Shown piece after piece: positions 1 to 9,456 of a DNA stretch of 64,000 nucleotides; within the stretch, counting starts at the first letter, position 1; each line of letters begins with the position of its first letter. Under the pieces are notes generated by a model, which did no database searches, was not told the origin of the DNA, and worked only from the letters and a program-made list of their open reading frames with translations. The position numbers and the translations under genes are program-made. The stretch lies in assembly GCA_963733195.1 (NCBI GenBank), contig CAVTCR010000074.1, positions 106,551-170,550 on the forward strand. Reading direction: 5' to 3'. Source of the stretch: an uncultured delta proteobacterium (GTDB lineage Bacteria > Desulfobacterota > Binatia > Bin18).

Positions 1-747
1 AAGGCCAGACACCGCTTTCATGAGCGGTGGGAACAGGCCACGCACGCGCGCGAGACTCATACTCTCTTCACGAAAAATATCGTTGAGACGCGTAAACTCT
101 GCAGCTTGCCAGTCTTCGCGAACGTAAGCGCGTATGACGTGCATGCCACTTACAGATTCTTGCACCCGAGTCGAGAGGTTTGCCAGTCCTTCTTGGACTT
201 TCAGCGTTTTCTCCATCATCTGCCGGCTCATGCGTTTGACGAACAACAACATGAATGGGTATGTCGCCAAGGCAGCCAATGTTAGCTGGGGATCCATCAT
301 CACCATCGCAGAGACCGCGTAGACGTAATACAGAGGGGTGTTTAACAGGTTGAGAATACCGAGTCCTAAGAGCAGGCGCACTGCGGTCACGTCGTTCACC
401 AAGCGTGACATCAAATCGCCAATCGCCTGACGTTGATAATAGCCCAGCGAGAGTTTTTGCAGGTGGGCAAAGAGATCATTGCGCAATTGGTATTCGATAT
501 CGCGTCCGACGTTGAAGATCATAAAGCGTGAGATCGACCGCACAATGCCTTGGACACAAGCGATGCCAATGATTACCAGCACATAAAACAGCACGTCATG
601 AAACGAACGGTGCTGTTGAATTGCTTCGATAGTCCACTTGAGCAACAGGGGAATCGACATCGCCAGGGTCGCGGAGGCGATCAGGCAGAGAATCCCGCGC
701 GCATAGCGGGCACGGTAGCGGACGATGTAACCCCACAGACGGTGCAT
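1..747 (-). CDS. ABC transporter permease/ATP-binding protein (MsbA/YheI-like exporter), 5' part; runs off window
   Basis: Manual translation from ATG at 747: MHRLWGYIVRYRARYARGILCLIASATLAMSIPLLLK...GRDIEYQLRNDLFAHLQKLSLGYYQRQAIGDLMSRLVNDV, typical of an ABC exporter transmembrane domain. Absent from the ORF track because there is no stop inside the window. Confidence 0.85.
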   Translation of the reverse strand, partial: MHRLWGYIVRYRARYARGILCLIASATLAMSIPLLLKWTIEAIQQHRSFHDVLFYVLVIIGIACVQGIVRSISRFMIFNVGRDIEYQLRNDLFAHLQKLSLGYYQRQAIGDLMSRLVNDVTAVRLLLGLGILNLLNTPLYYVYAVSAMVMMDPQLTLAALATYPFMLLFVKRMSRQMMEKTLKVQEGLANLSTRVQESVSGMHVIRAYVREDWQAAEFTRLNDIFREESMSLARVRGLFPPLMKAVSGL

Positions 748-800
748 GTTGTGTAGTTTTCACCATATCGACGAGACCAAGGAGCAGCAAGGGCTTTAGG

Positions 801-870
801 AAATGAAGAGTGAAGAATGACTGATTTTCTCATCTTAATTCTCAACTCTTAACTCTTCATTCTTAACTCT
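801..870. repeat. Short ~7-bp degenerate tandem repeats in inverted arrangement (AATGAAG/AGTGAAG ... CTTAACT/CTTCATT)
   Basis: aaatgaagagtgaagaatga...cttaattctcaactcttaactcttcattcttaactct overlapping the 3' end of the ligase gene. Confidence 0.55.
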
Positions 871-2103
871 TCTCTTTCCTGTCCCATCCGCGCCATAAGC
901 CCAGCAATAGCCCACATGACAATAACGACTTCGGCGTCGCCGAAATTGTGCTGCGTCAGACCACCAATCAGAAAGCCGATGATACTGAGAAAGGCGCCTA
1001 GAATCATGCTGCGGAACGGTTCATCCCCGGGAGGTATACATTGATAGGTTTCCCATCCCAGACGAAGCAACGACCAGAAGAAAAACAGAAAGGCTGCCAA
1101 TCCAAGTAGACCGATATCGACTCCCACTTGGAGAAAAGTGTTGTGCGCATGGCCAGTGTGATCCGCCTGCGGATGCTGTTCGTAGAAGGGATCGCGGAAT
1201 TTGCGATAATTCCCATAGCCCCACCCTAGCAATGGTCGCTCCTTGATCATCTCGATATTTGCTTGCCAGATATGACTCCGTGGGAGGTTCTGAACAAAAT
1301 CGAAGGTTGACTGGAAACGCTCCTGGACGCCTGCTCCGGCAGTGATGAGAAAAAGACCAAAGACGAGCACCCCACCCGTCACCCCGGCCAACGTTTTGCC
1401 ACCACGGATAACTCCGAGAAGAAACAACACGACAAGGTAGGCCAACCACACCCCACGAGTCAGAGAAAATAACAGGGCAAACACCATCAAGCTCCATCCT
1501 ACCGTAAGCAACAGTCGTTGGCGGAGTGCAAGCCCTGCACCTGACAACCAAACCGTCATAAACGTTAGAGGAAACAACAGATTGTGAGCAAAAGTAATCC
1601 CGGAAGGGTGAAAGCCTTTTGTACGCCATCCCTCGTCCTGCCCAAACCAGAAGGGGTCGAGTGAGGGCGGTTTCCCACGTAACTGTTTGTTGAGATCGAT
1701 TCCCGTGTAGTGCTGTACGATGCCATACGCAGCGACCACACTTGCCACTATCGCCAACAGCGAGATAAGGCGTTCAACGTCTTTGGGCTTCTGGATCAGT
1801 GTTGCCGTGACAAAGAATGCACCGACCAACCACAGCTTCCGATACCCAAGCAGTGAGTTTCCTACCGCAGGACAGAACACCGTCGAAAGCAGGAACGCAC
1901 TAAACAGTAGAAGGAGTGGACGATCAAGCGCTGTTGTCGGCCACCGCCGTTCTCGCCAACAAAGTATCGCACTCACCACAAGCACAAAGGGCAAGTGATC
2001 CTTGCTGAAAAGCAACCGGTAACGAGAACGTAGCAAAGAACAATGACAGGAATACAAAGGGCGTCAACTTGGAACTGAGAGTTATCCCAGTAACACGCGG
2101 CAC
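849..2103 (-). CDS. O-antigen ligase / O-oligosaccharyltransferase family (Wzy_C) membrane protein; probable frameshift near 1990
   Basis: Many TM segments, SLTRGVWL, RPLLGWGYGNY and HAHNTFLQ motifs. A more plausible N-terminus (GTG 2103, MPRVTGITLSSKLTPFVFLSLFFATFSLP) lies in another frame from ORF 849..2057. Confidence 0.85.
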
Positions 2104-2107
2104 TCGT

Positions 2108-3553
2108 TCACACTCCCTTGCGTGTTAACATCACCTTCACGGTTTCGGCCATTATCCGCATGTCTAACCACAAGGAGTAATTGTAAATATACGCAAGATC
2201 ATATTTGAGTTTGTATTCTGCTGTCGTGTGGTATTCACCATTCACTTGCGCGAGTCCAGTGAGTCCAGGTTTGACTTGCAAACGTTCGGCGTATCCTGGA
2301 ATCGTCCGCAAGAATCCCTCGACGAATTCTGGGCGCTCGGGTCGTGGACCGACCAAACTCATTGTGCCATTCAATACGTTAAAGAGTTGTGGAAGCTCGT
2401 CAATACGCATGGCCCGCAAGAAACGACCTACAGGCGTGATTCGTTCGTCATCCGCTCCTGCAAGTACCGGCCCAGTTGTGGCCTCTGCTCGATCGACCAT
2501 CGTACGCAGCTTGTACATCACAAACTCTTTACTGTCGCGCCCAACCCGGCGTTGACGATAGAACGTCGGCCCAGCCGATGTGAGTTTGATACAACACACG
2601 GCGACACATAACACAGGCAGGCTGAGCAGCAAAAGCACCGCCGCAATCCCAACATCCACCACTTCCTTGATAAGGAACGCGAGGTCCTCCTGTGGGTCTT
2701 TCAGGACTTCCACCAACGGCACATCGTGCAACCGTAACGTTGATACGCGACCGACTAAAATGTCATATACTGACGGTACCACTAACACCCGAGGACGGTC
2801 CTCATTCTCTCGCCATCCGCCCGAAGAGCGTACCAAACTATCGATAAACGAATCTTTCCAGGTCGGCTGTGAAAGAAGAATCACCTCCTCGATACTATGT
2901 TGACGCATGAGTTGAGGAAGATCCTCCACACTACCGAGCCATGGCACAGATGGGTGCGCGGCGACCGGTGTCGGTCCATCAACGGTCACCAATCCGACCA
3001 GTATCAGCCCCGGCGTATGGAAAACTTCTGGGAGTCCAGCTAAGAAGGTACGGAGTTCCTCTGTCGCACCAACCAACAGCACACGAAGTGGTCGCACGCG
3101 CGCGAGCCAACGCACTACCCATATGCGAAGGATCGTCACTCCCACGGTATTGAGTATCCATAACAAGACAAGCACAGAGCGGGGAAAGAACAGATCGCCC
3201 CGGAAAAAATACCACGCGGATGTCGCGAGCAACTGCACGCCTAACGCTGCTGCAACATTGGTCACTAATCGTGTTCGATGCACCAAAGCGTGAAGGTCGT
3301 AAAAACCAAAAAAGTACAGCAGAATGATTTGTGACGCTGCAAGGATGAACAACGGATGATTGACTTCGGTAAAACGAACCGATGGTAGGAGATCTGCGGT
3401 AAAAGGGAACGACACATGAATACGCAGCGCAAAAGCGAGGAGGTAGACCAAGAGGACGCAGAGAATATCTGCCAGCATCAAGACCAGCAGCGTGGTCTGG
3501 TACCGTAGTGTCGGTCGTCGTACTGTTGTCCCTGCTAGGGCAGTGTCTGCCAT
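2108..3553 (-). CDS. Polyprenyl-phosphate hexose-1-phosphate transferase (WcaJ/WbaP-type priming sugar transferase)
   Basis: N-terminal TMs plus Bac_transf motifs KLRTM, RITPVGRFLR, DELPQLFNVL, MSLVGPRPE, KPGLTGLAQV. Confidence 0.93.
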   Translation of the reverse strand: MADTALAGTTVRRPTLRYQTTLLVLMLADILCVLLVYLLAFALRIHVSFPFTADLLPSVRFTEVNHPLFILAASQIILLYFFGFYDLHALVHRTRLVTNVAAALGVQLLATSAWYFFRGDLFFPRSVLVLLWILNTVGVTILRIWVVRWLARVRPLRVLLVGATEELRTFLAGLPEVFHTPGLILVGLVTVDGPTPVAAHPSVPWLGSVEDLPQLMRQHSIEEVILLSQPTWKDSFIDSLVRSSGGWRENEDRPRVLVVPSVYDILVGRVSTLRLHDVPLVEVLKDPQEDLAFLIKEVVDVGIAAVLLLLSLPVLCVAVCCIKLTSAGPTFYRQRRVGRDSKEFVMYKLRTMVDRAEATTGPVLAGADDERITPVGRFLRAMRIDELPQLFNVLNGTMSLVGPRPERPEFVEGFLRTIPGYAERLQVKPGLTGLAQVNGEYHTTAEYKLKYDLAYIYNYSLWLDMRIMAETVKVMLTRKGV

Positions 3554-3563
3554 ACTGTGTTGT

Positions 3564-4394
3564 TTACAAAGGGGAAGGTGTATGAAGAGGCTGAACGTCT
3601 TCTAAACGACGATAGAGCCGCTGCCGAGAAAACAGGTACCGATGTTTCCAGAAGTAGTAGCTTATTCCCCACAGATGTTTCCAACTCAGCCCGGAAAATA
3701 ATGAGCGCGCCACTCGGCGCTCCTTATGAATGACCACCGCCTCCGGGTTGTAGATCACCTGCCACCCAGCTTGTCGTAGACGCAAACAGAAGTCGACATC
3801 TTCTGGTCCATAAAAAATCTTCTCATCCAGCAGCCCTACGGTCATCAGTGCTTCACGACGAATGACTTGGCACGCACCAATCACATAGTCAACTGCACGG
3901 ATGGAACTATGATCCCATTCGGCCATCTCGGTCTCGCGTCGAAGTTGCTGGACCTTCGCGACTGGCATCTGTCGTGCAAGCTTATCGAGCAGTGTCGGAT
4001 AAAAACGACAAGTGAGATGGAGTTGCCCTTCAAGGTCAGTAAGTTTCGGCGCACACAGCCCCACTCGGGGATGAGTATTCATATAGGCAATGAGACGATC
4101 GAACGCGCTGGGTTCCACAGCAGTGTCGTCATCAAGCAGGATAATATATTCCCCTTGTGCAACTCTGATGCCTTGATTCCGTCCGGGAGCAACGCCACGA
4201 TTGTCTCTGTTCACCATGAGTTGCATCCACGGAAACTCAAAACGTAAAGAAGCAGGAGTATATCCACGCGAGCCGTTATCGACGACAAGGACTTCATACG
4301 GACAGGTAGTGATAGCCTGCGGAAGAGACAGCAAACATCCACGCAAGAGGTCCGTCGAGTTCCACGTCAGAATTACAATCGAAGCTTTGATCAC
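3564..4394 (-). CDS. Glycosyltransferase family 2 (rhamnosyltransferase-like)
   Basis: SIVILTWN, VVDNGS, LLDDD, EDVDFCLR; GGAGG RBS upstream of GTG 4394. Confidence 0.88.
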   Translation of the reverse strand: MIKASIVILTWNSTDLLRGCLLSLPQAITTCPYEVLVVDNGSRGYTPASLRFEFPWMQLMVNRDNRGVAPGRNQGIRVAQGEYIILLDDDTAVEPSAFDRLIAYMNTHPRVGLCAPKLTDLEGQLHLTCRFYPTLLDKLARQMPVAKVQQLRRETEMAEWDHSSIRAVDYVIGACQVIRREALMTVGLLDEKIFYGPEDVDFCLRLRQAGWQVIYNPEAVVIHKERRVARSLFSGLSWKHLWGISYYFWKHRYLFSRQRLYRRLEDVQPLHTPSPL

Positions 4395-4399
4395 TACTG

Positions 4400-5411
4400 T
4401 TACCCCCTCCACCCTTTCGTCGATGAGAACGGACGATACAAAGAGTAAAAATCTTTGCGAGTTAACGCCAGTCGTGCCCACAGACGCGCGACACCCTTGA
4501 TCCCCAAAGACAGCAGCACCAATGGATATTCACGGATAGAGAGTGCGCGCCAGAAATGCGGCCAGTGGTACTGAGCAATCGGCCCCGCAACGAGCAGCTT
4601 CCTATGCTCTCGCAGAATCTGCAGCTTCCCACCCTCTGTTCGTACTCGTTCGGCAAAATAATCGCGCCATGTCATTGGAGGTACGAAAAAAACCTGCGCA
4701 TGCAGTTCTTTAGTCATATGCGACCGACCGACCGCCACTGTTAGCCATGCGTCTTCGAGCAAGAGATTGTCTGGAATTCCATTCGGAAGCACAGTTTTAC
4801 GCAGCAAGAGCAGTCGTCCTCCAGCATTGCCAAAATTAAAGCGGTAGGGAATCGCGCCCATCCGACCCCACAGGGTACCACCATCGGGCAGAAATGGGAC
4901 TTCCTGTGCGGCAACCAAGTTCAGCGTAGGCTCTTGCTGCATTCGTGTATAGAGCGCGTACACAGAGTTACGGTCAATTCGCACATCCGCATCAGAAAAA
5001 AGCACCATGGTCCCCTGTGCCCATCGCCAGAGGGTGTTCCAGGCTGGAGGTTTGCCCTTACGTTCGGTCAGTAAGATAGTGCAACGAGGAAAGGTTCTCG
5101 GTCCCCTCTCCTCTAGTGGGAAAGGGACAGGGCGAGGGGACCTATACTCGTCCCCTGCCCCTTCCTCATACTCTACCCACATTTCCTCACACTTCACCTG
5201 GTGCCGCTGACAAAACTCACGCATCGCCGTTAATGGGACGCATTCTTCTCCTAAGCGAATGCCATTGATGCAAATCAGTAGCTCAGTAATGAGCCCTGCG
5301 GGCAACCGCTGATGCAGGCATGCTTCGTGCACGCTTTCTAAGTGTTGTTCTGAGTCCAGGCTCACTCCCACGACAGGGAATAGCAATTGATAAGGAGTCT
5401 TGTATAAGCAT
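4400..5411 (-). CDS. Glycosyltransferase family 2; probable frameshift near 5340
   Basis: GKPPAWN, FSDAD and EDAWL motifs in ORF 4400..5386. The GT2 N-terminus MLIQDSLSIAIPCRG begins at ATG 5411 in another frame. Confidence 0.78.
5100..5142. repeat. REP-like palindromic element inside the GT2 coding sequence
   Basis: ggtcccctc...gaggggacc terminal inverted repeat with inner hairpin cccctctcctctagtgggaaaggg; encodes RSPRPVPFPLEERGP. Confidence 0.55.
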
Positions 5412-5456
5412 CGTCCTCAGCCGAAACCCCTGACATTGGCACACACTACACGAATA

Positions 5457-5552
5457 CCGCTCGTGCTGAGCGTAGCCCGAAGGGCGGAGTCGAAGCATGC
5501 GTTGTTAACCAATACCTTCATCCTTCGACTTCGCTTCGCTCAGGACGAACGG
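5457..5552. repeat. Intergenic REP/MITE-like imperfect inverted repeat
   Basis: ccgctcgtgctgagcg...gagtcgaagcatg (5457-5499) pairs with catccttcgacttcgcttcgctcaggacgaacgg (5519-5552). Confidence 0.7.
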
Positions 5553-5583
5553 AGCAACTATCCATCAGCGTAGTGTACGAATA

Positions 5584-6930
5584 TTATGAGATTTGATCGA
5601 TAAGCTTACGATAGTATCCTTCGATTGCTTCAGCATCGGCTGCAATAGACTGAACCGGAGGAAAGTGCTGCGATAGTTTCCCCACCAACGAGGGATCGGT
5701 GATGAACCGCTCCAAAGTCCGACGCAAATCCCCAACATCGCGCGGGCGGAAGAGCAAGCCATTCACACCATCCTGTATCCACTCCGGCATGCCACCGAAG
5801 GCAGCTGTCACAACAGGTTTTTTCGCTAGAAACGCCTCACGGATAACCAGTGGGGCGTTCTCGTACCAGATCGACGGAACTACCACGACATCGACCTCTC
5901 CGAGAATGCGCCCAACCTCATGATGCTCGTAGCGTCCCATCATACGGATGTGGGGGGAACTACGAAGCTGAGCAAGGAACTGTGCTCGGTCCGGATAAGG
6001 AGCGTAGTCAGCTTCGCCACCGTAAATACGCAGCTCTGCTCCTGTTAACGGGACAGCAGCCTCAACTAGGTGATGAACGCCTTTCACCGGGTCAACAACT
6101 CCAATATAGCCAAAGATCACAGGATCATGGGGCTGCCGTTTTCTGCCATTCTGGAGCATCATCGGTGGTAGCCCACACTCCGCAAAGAGAATCTTTTCCG
6201 ATGGAATACCGAACGCCAAGAACTGTTCTCGGAGGAATTGCGACGGCGCCAGAAAGAGTGATACAGCTTTACAGATCTCACGGATATGCGCCATACGTTG
6301 AGCAATCTGCAAGCATGCCTCAGCCGAAGGTCGGCGATGAGTAACGTACTTTGCATATACCCAACGGAGCCGATCTCTCAACCAACGATGTTTTCCCGGG
6401 GCGAGCCTCAGTTTTTGATATATTGGGATCAGTTGCCTAGACAGCAGATATCCAAAACAGCGCGCGCATCCCTCATCCGTTTGACCTGAACACACCGAAA
6501 GATCAGGCTTGAGAAATCGACCACGCTGGCAGATGAGCCAGTAATCGTGCAGGGTCATCACAACTGGGATTCTTCGTCGTGCAGTCTCCTCAACGCAAGT
6601 GGTCGAAAGATACATCAAGTGATGGAAGTGTACGACCTCTGGGGTGACAGCATCCAGGAAAGCGCTAAATTGCTCAGCAATGTCTGGATTGAGATAACTC
6701 CGGGTAAAGGTATTGAGGCGGGTGAAGGTGTTATTGACTCTCGTCACTGGCAAACCGTCGTAGCTAACCGTATCTACTGCACCCTCAGGTCGGTGGGGGT
6801 CATTCACGCGGGTGAAGACCTGGACCTCGTGCCTACGACGACGCAGTGCAGTAGCCAAGTGCGCTGCATACATCTCCGTCCCACCTAAACTTTCTGGTGG
6901 CATGCCTTGGACAACATGGAGGATCTGCAC
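5584..6930 (-). CDS. Glycosyltransferase family 4
   Basis: GGTE N-terminus, TLHDYW, KGVHHL, PSIWYENAPLVIREA. Confidence 0.9.
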   Translation of the reverse strand: MQILHVVQGMPPESLGGTEMYAAHLATALRRRRHEVQVFTRVNDPHRPEGAVDTVSYDGLPVTRVNNTFTRLNTFTRSYLNPDIAEQFSAFLDAVTPEVVHFHHLMYLSTTCVEETARRRIPVVMTLHDYWLICQRGRFLKPDLSVCSGQTDEGCARCFGYLLSRQLIPIYQKLRLAPGKHRWLRDRLRWVYAKYVTHRRPSAEACLQIAQRMAHIREICKAVSLFLAPSQFLREQFLAFGIPSEKILFAECGLPPMMLQNGRKRQPHDPVIFGYIGVVDPVKGVHHLVEAAVPLTGAELRIYGGEADYAPYPDRAQFLAQLRSSPHIRMMGRYEHHEVGRILGEVDVVVVPSIWYENAPLVIREAFLAKKPVVTAAFGGMPEWIQDGVNGLLFRPRDVGDLRRTLERFITDPSLVGKLSQHFPPVQSIAADAEAIEGYYRKLIDQIS

Positions 6931-7022
6931 GAGTGATATCCTTTTCCTTCTCTTCTATACCCAAACGGCACGGACAGCAGAAGAAGTGCCTTCCGGAAAC
7001 ATTGTTGTCCGTGGTTATCACC

Positions 7023-7931
7023 TCAGAGTGCCGTTCCCTTTGTTGGAGAAGGGTGGGTGCGAGAGGGTCCGTACAACTGTTCCCCGTCGCGGTGCCCTTT
7101 CTTATACCAGTAGATTCGGTTCAGAGCGAACAGGGGGTAACGACACAGCGCCACAAACTCGCGCTTTTGCCATAACTCACGTATGGTTTTATGGCTGCGT
7201 CCAATCATCGCGGCAAGTGAGGACTGCGATGGCGAGGATGCGGCTTGTGGATCAGGTACCTTGTGTCGTAAGGCGAGATATTGCCCCATCAGTCCCTCCT
7301 CATACCAGCGTCTCCGCCAGTAACGAAGCAATGGCGGGTGGCTATGGAACACGCTCGCATCGTGGACGTACCGAATAATGTACGGTGCCGGAAGCGTATA
7401 GGCCCACAGAAAATCTTCTCCTGAAGATGTTTCTTCATCGAACGGGACATCCTGCCACACACTTTTCCGCACCGCACTATTGGCATTGGAGAACGACGCC
7501 CGGACGGTGTTGTCAGCTTGGAGCGTATACGACTGCTCCAATTCTCGCTCTTCGAGCGGATTTACTCCTGGTATGGGCTTCTGTCGGCCATAGGTCGCCA
7601 CTACCAGTGCGTTATTCGTGAATGGGGTTACCAATTCTCGCAACCAGGAACGAGAACACGGCACACAGTGGGCCGAGAGAAACACAACATATTCACCATG
7701 AGCTAATGAGGCTCCGTGATTGAGCGCAAAACCGAATGTGAACTCGCCCGTAGGGATTTCCTCCAGTCGTACCGGAAAGCCACGCACAATCTCCACTGTC
7801 CGGTCTTTCGACCCTGAGTCTAGTACGATCACCTCATACTGTTCAGTAAACTCCTGCTCCAAAACCCTTTGTAGCACTGAGCCGATGAAGTGCTCTTCAT
7901 TTTTGCTGCGAATGACAATCGATACCCTCAT
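7023..7931 (-). CDS. Glycosyltransferase family 2 (rhamnosyltransferase-like)
   Basis: MRVSIVIRSKNE, DSGSKD, SNANSAVRK, GEDFLWA, FHSH. Confidence 0.88.
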   Translation of the reverse strand: MRVSIVIRSKNEEHFIGSVLQRVLEQEFTEQYEVIVLDSGSKDRTVEIVRGFPVRLEEIPTGEFTFGFALNHGASLAHGEYVVFLSAHCVPCSRSWLRELVTPFTNNALVVATYGRQKPIPGVNPLEERELEQSYTLQADNTVRASFSNANSAVRKSVWQDVPFDEETSSGEDFLWAYTLPAPYIIRYVHDASVFHSHPPLLRYWRRRWYEEGLMGQYLALRHKVPDPQAASSPSQSSLAAMIGRSHKTIRELWQKREFVALCRYPLFALNRIYWYKKGHRDGEQLYGPSRTHPSPTKGTAL

Positions 7932-7968
7932 GGCCAACATCCGCAGAACAGGAAACATGCGACTCGCT

Positions 7969-8700
7969 TCACAGCGGTTTCTTAAACAAAGTCACGCAAT
8001 CCTGATTTGGGGTATCCCAATCAATAATTTGGGATTTGACAACTTCAAGTCCTTCTTTGGCGCAGTAGTGGTGAAAAAGGTTTTGTGACATAAAGTTTCT
8101 CCACCCAGGATTGTCATGAATATTCCCTGTGGGATTCTTGTCGTAGTTCGAGTAGTGGCAAAACCCGTATCCACCAGGCTTCAGAACACGGTAGAAGTCG
8201 TGCAAATACGAACGAACAACATCACTGTCAAAATGGCCCATCGCATCGAAACAATAGACCAGAGAGACTTCACCACTCGGAATACCGCTCAACGTAAAGC
8301 CGTCATTCTGGATGTAAGTGATTTTCTTCTCTGTGGCAAAGCGTTGCTGGCAAAAGCGAATGTTATCTGCATTGATGTCAACCAGGTAGAGTTTCTTAGC
8401 TAACTCTAAAAGCTTTCTTGTGTTGCGACCATGACCGGCCGCCAAATCAACCACACAGGAAAAGTCACACCCCTGAATAAACGGCCAGACCGTTTGGCTC
8501 CACGCCTGCTCGATCCACTGCTCCGCAGACTCGTAATAGTCTAAAGCAACACGAGAGTGTCCCTTCCAGTCTTCTCCGACTTCCCCTGCCCATTTCGTCA
8601 GACGTTCTCGATCTGGAAGAAAACTCGTGAGAGAATGCTCAACAGTAGAGGTTTTGAGCTTTTGCTTGCTTCTACTCCACAAACCACGTAAACGTCTCAT
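7969..8700 (-). CDS. Class I SAM-dependent methyltransferase
   Basis: VVDLAAGHGRN motif I; RVLKPGG. Confidence 0.88.
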   Translation of the reverse strand: MRRLRGLWSRSKQKLKTSTVEHSLTSFLPDRERLTKWAGEVGEDWKGHSRVALDYYESAEQWIEQAWSQTVWPFIQGCDFSCVVDLAAGHGRNTRKLLELAKKLYLVDINADNIRFCQQRFATEKKITYIQNDGFTLSGIPSGEVSLVYCFDAMGHFDSDVVRSYLHDFYRVLKPGGYGFCHYSNYDKNPTGNIHDNPGWRNFMSQNLFHHYCAKEGLEVVKSQIIDWDTPNQDCVTLFKKPL

Positions 8701-9416
8701 GCAGATTTTTCCCTATCCTCGATCATCCCCCGACCCTGCCAACCAGAAAGGCCATTGATGTGCTCCCTGTTTCGCACGAGCGGCGTGTCCAGTTCGGCAG
8801 GGTGAGACAAGGTATGGTGGTCTCTCTCGGTTCCGCTCTGTGACGAAGGAGCGAACCGTAAGAGCCGTAAGCCACCCCACACGACCGGCTTTCCCATGTG
8901 AATGTCCTCTGTTCTCGTCGCATCTAACGAGAGCAGGCCACAGTCTATGAATGGGAGGTGTTTGCACGCTTCATCGATCGCCTCTTGGACTTCAAAGTAG
9001 TGGACATCATGAAAAAGCACATAACTGCCTTCATGCACGAAAGGGCTCACCGCCTCGATATCGCGTAGCACCCCACTATAGGTGTGATCTCCGTCTACAA
9101 AGATGAAATCAAAAGGCGACCCAAGCAATTCATGAGCCTTCGTAACTGCCTCCGGAGAAGCGGCGCTGAGGAAAGAAACTCGATGTGAGAGGTGTGCGAA
9201 GTGGTCCGGGGTAACCTGCGGAGCCGGATCAACACAGACGAGTCGTCCACTTCCCACAGCATCCATAGCCGCACAGATGATCATCGCCGCGCCTCCTTGA
9301 GCTGTACCAATTTCCAAGACGGAGGCAGGCCGCAACCCATAGATAAGGGAGTACAAGAGAAATCGCTCTGGCATCGTTAAGTGTGCAGGGGCATCATAAA
9401 TGATCTGGACTGACAT
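8697..9416 (-). CDS. Class I SAM-dependent methyltransferase (Methyltransf_24-like)
   Basis: VLEIGTAQGG, FIFVDGDHTY, LFHD. Confidence 0.88.
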   Translation of the reverse strand: MSVQIIYDAPAHLTMPERFLLYSLIYGLRPASVLEIGTAQGGAAMIICAAMDAVGSGRLVCVDPAPQVTPDHFAHLSHRVSFLSAASPEAVTKAHELLGSPFDFIFVDGDHTYSGVLRDIEAVSPFVHEGSYVLFHDVHYFEVQEAIDEACKHLPFIDCGLLSLDATRTEDIHMGKPVVWGGLRLLRFAPSSQSGTERDHHTLSHPAELDTPLVRNREHINGLSGWQGRGMIEDREKSA

Positions 9417-9456
9417 CTCACTTTCCTTTTGCTGGTAGGACGATTCTCCTCATGGC

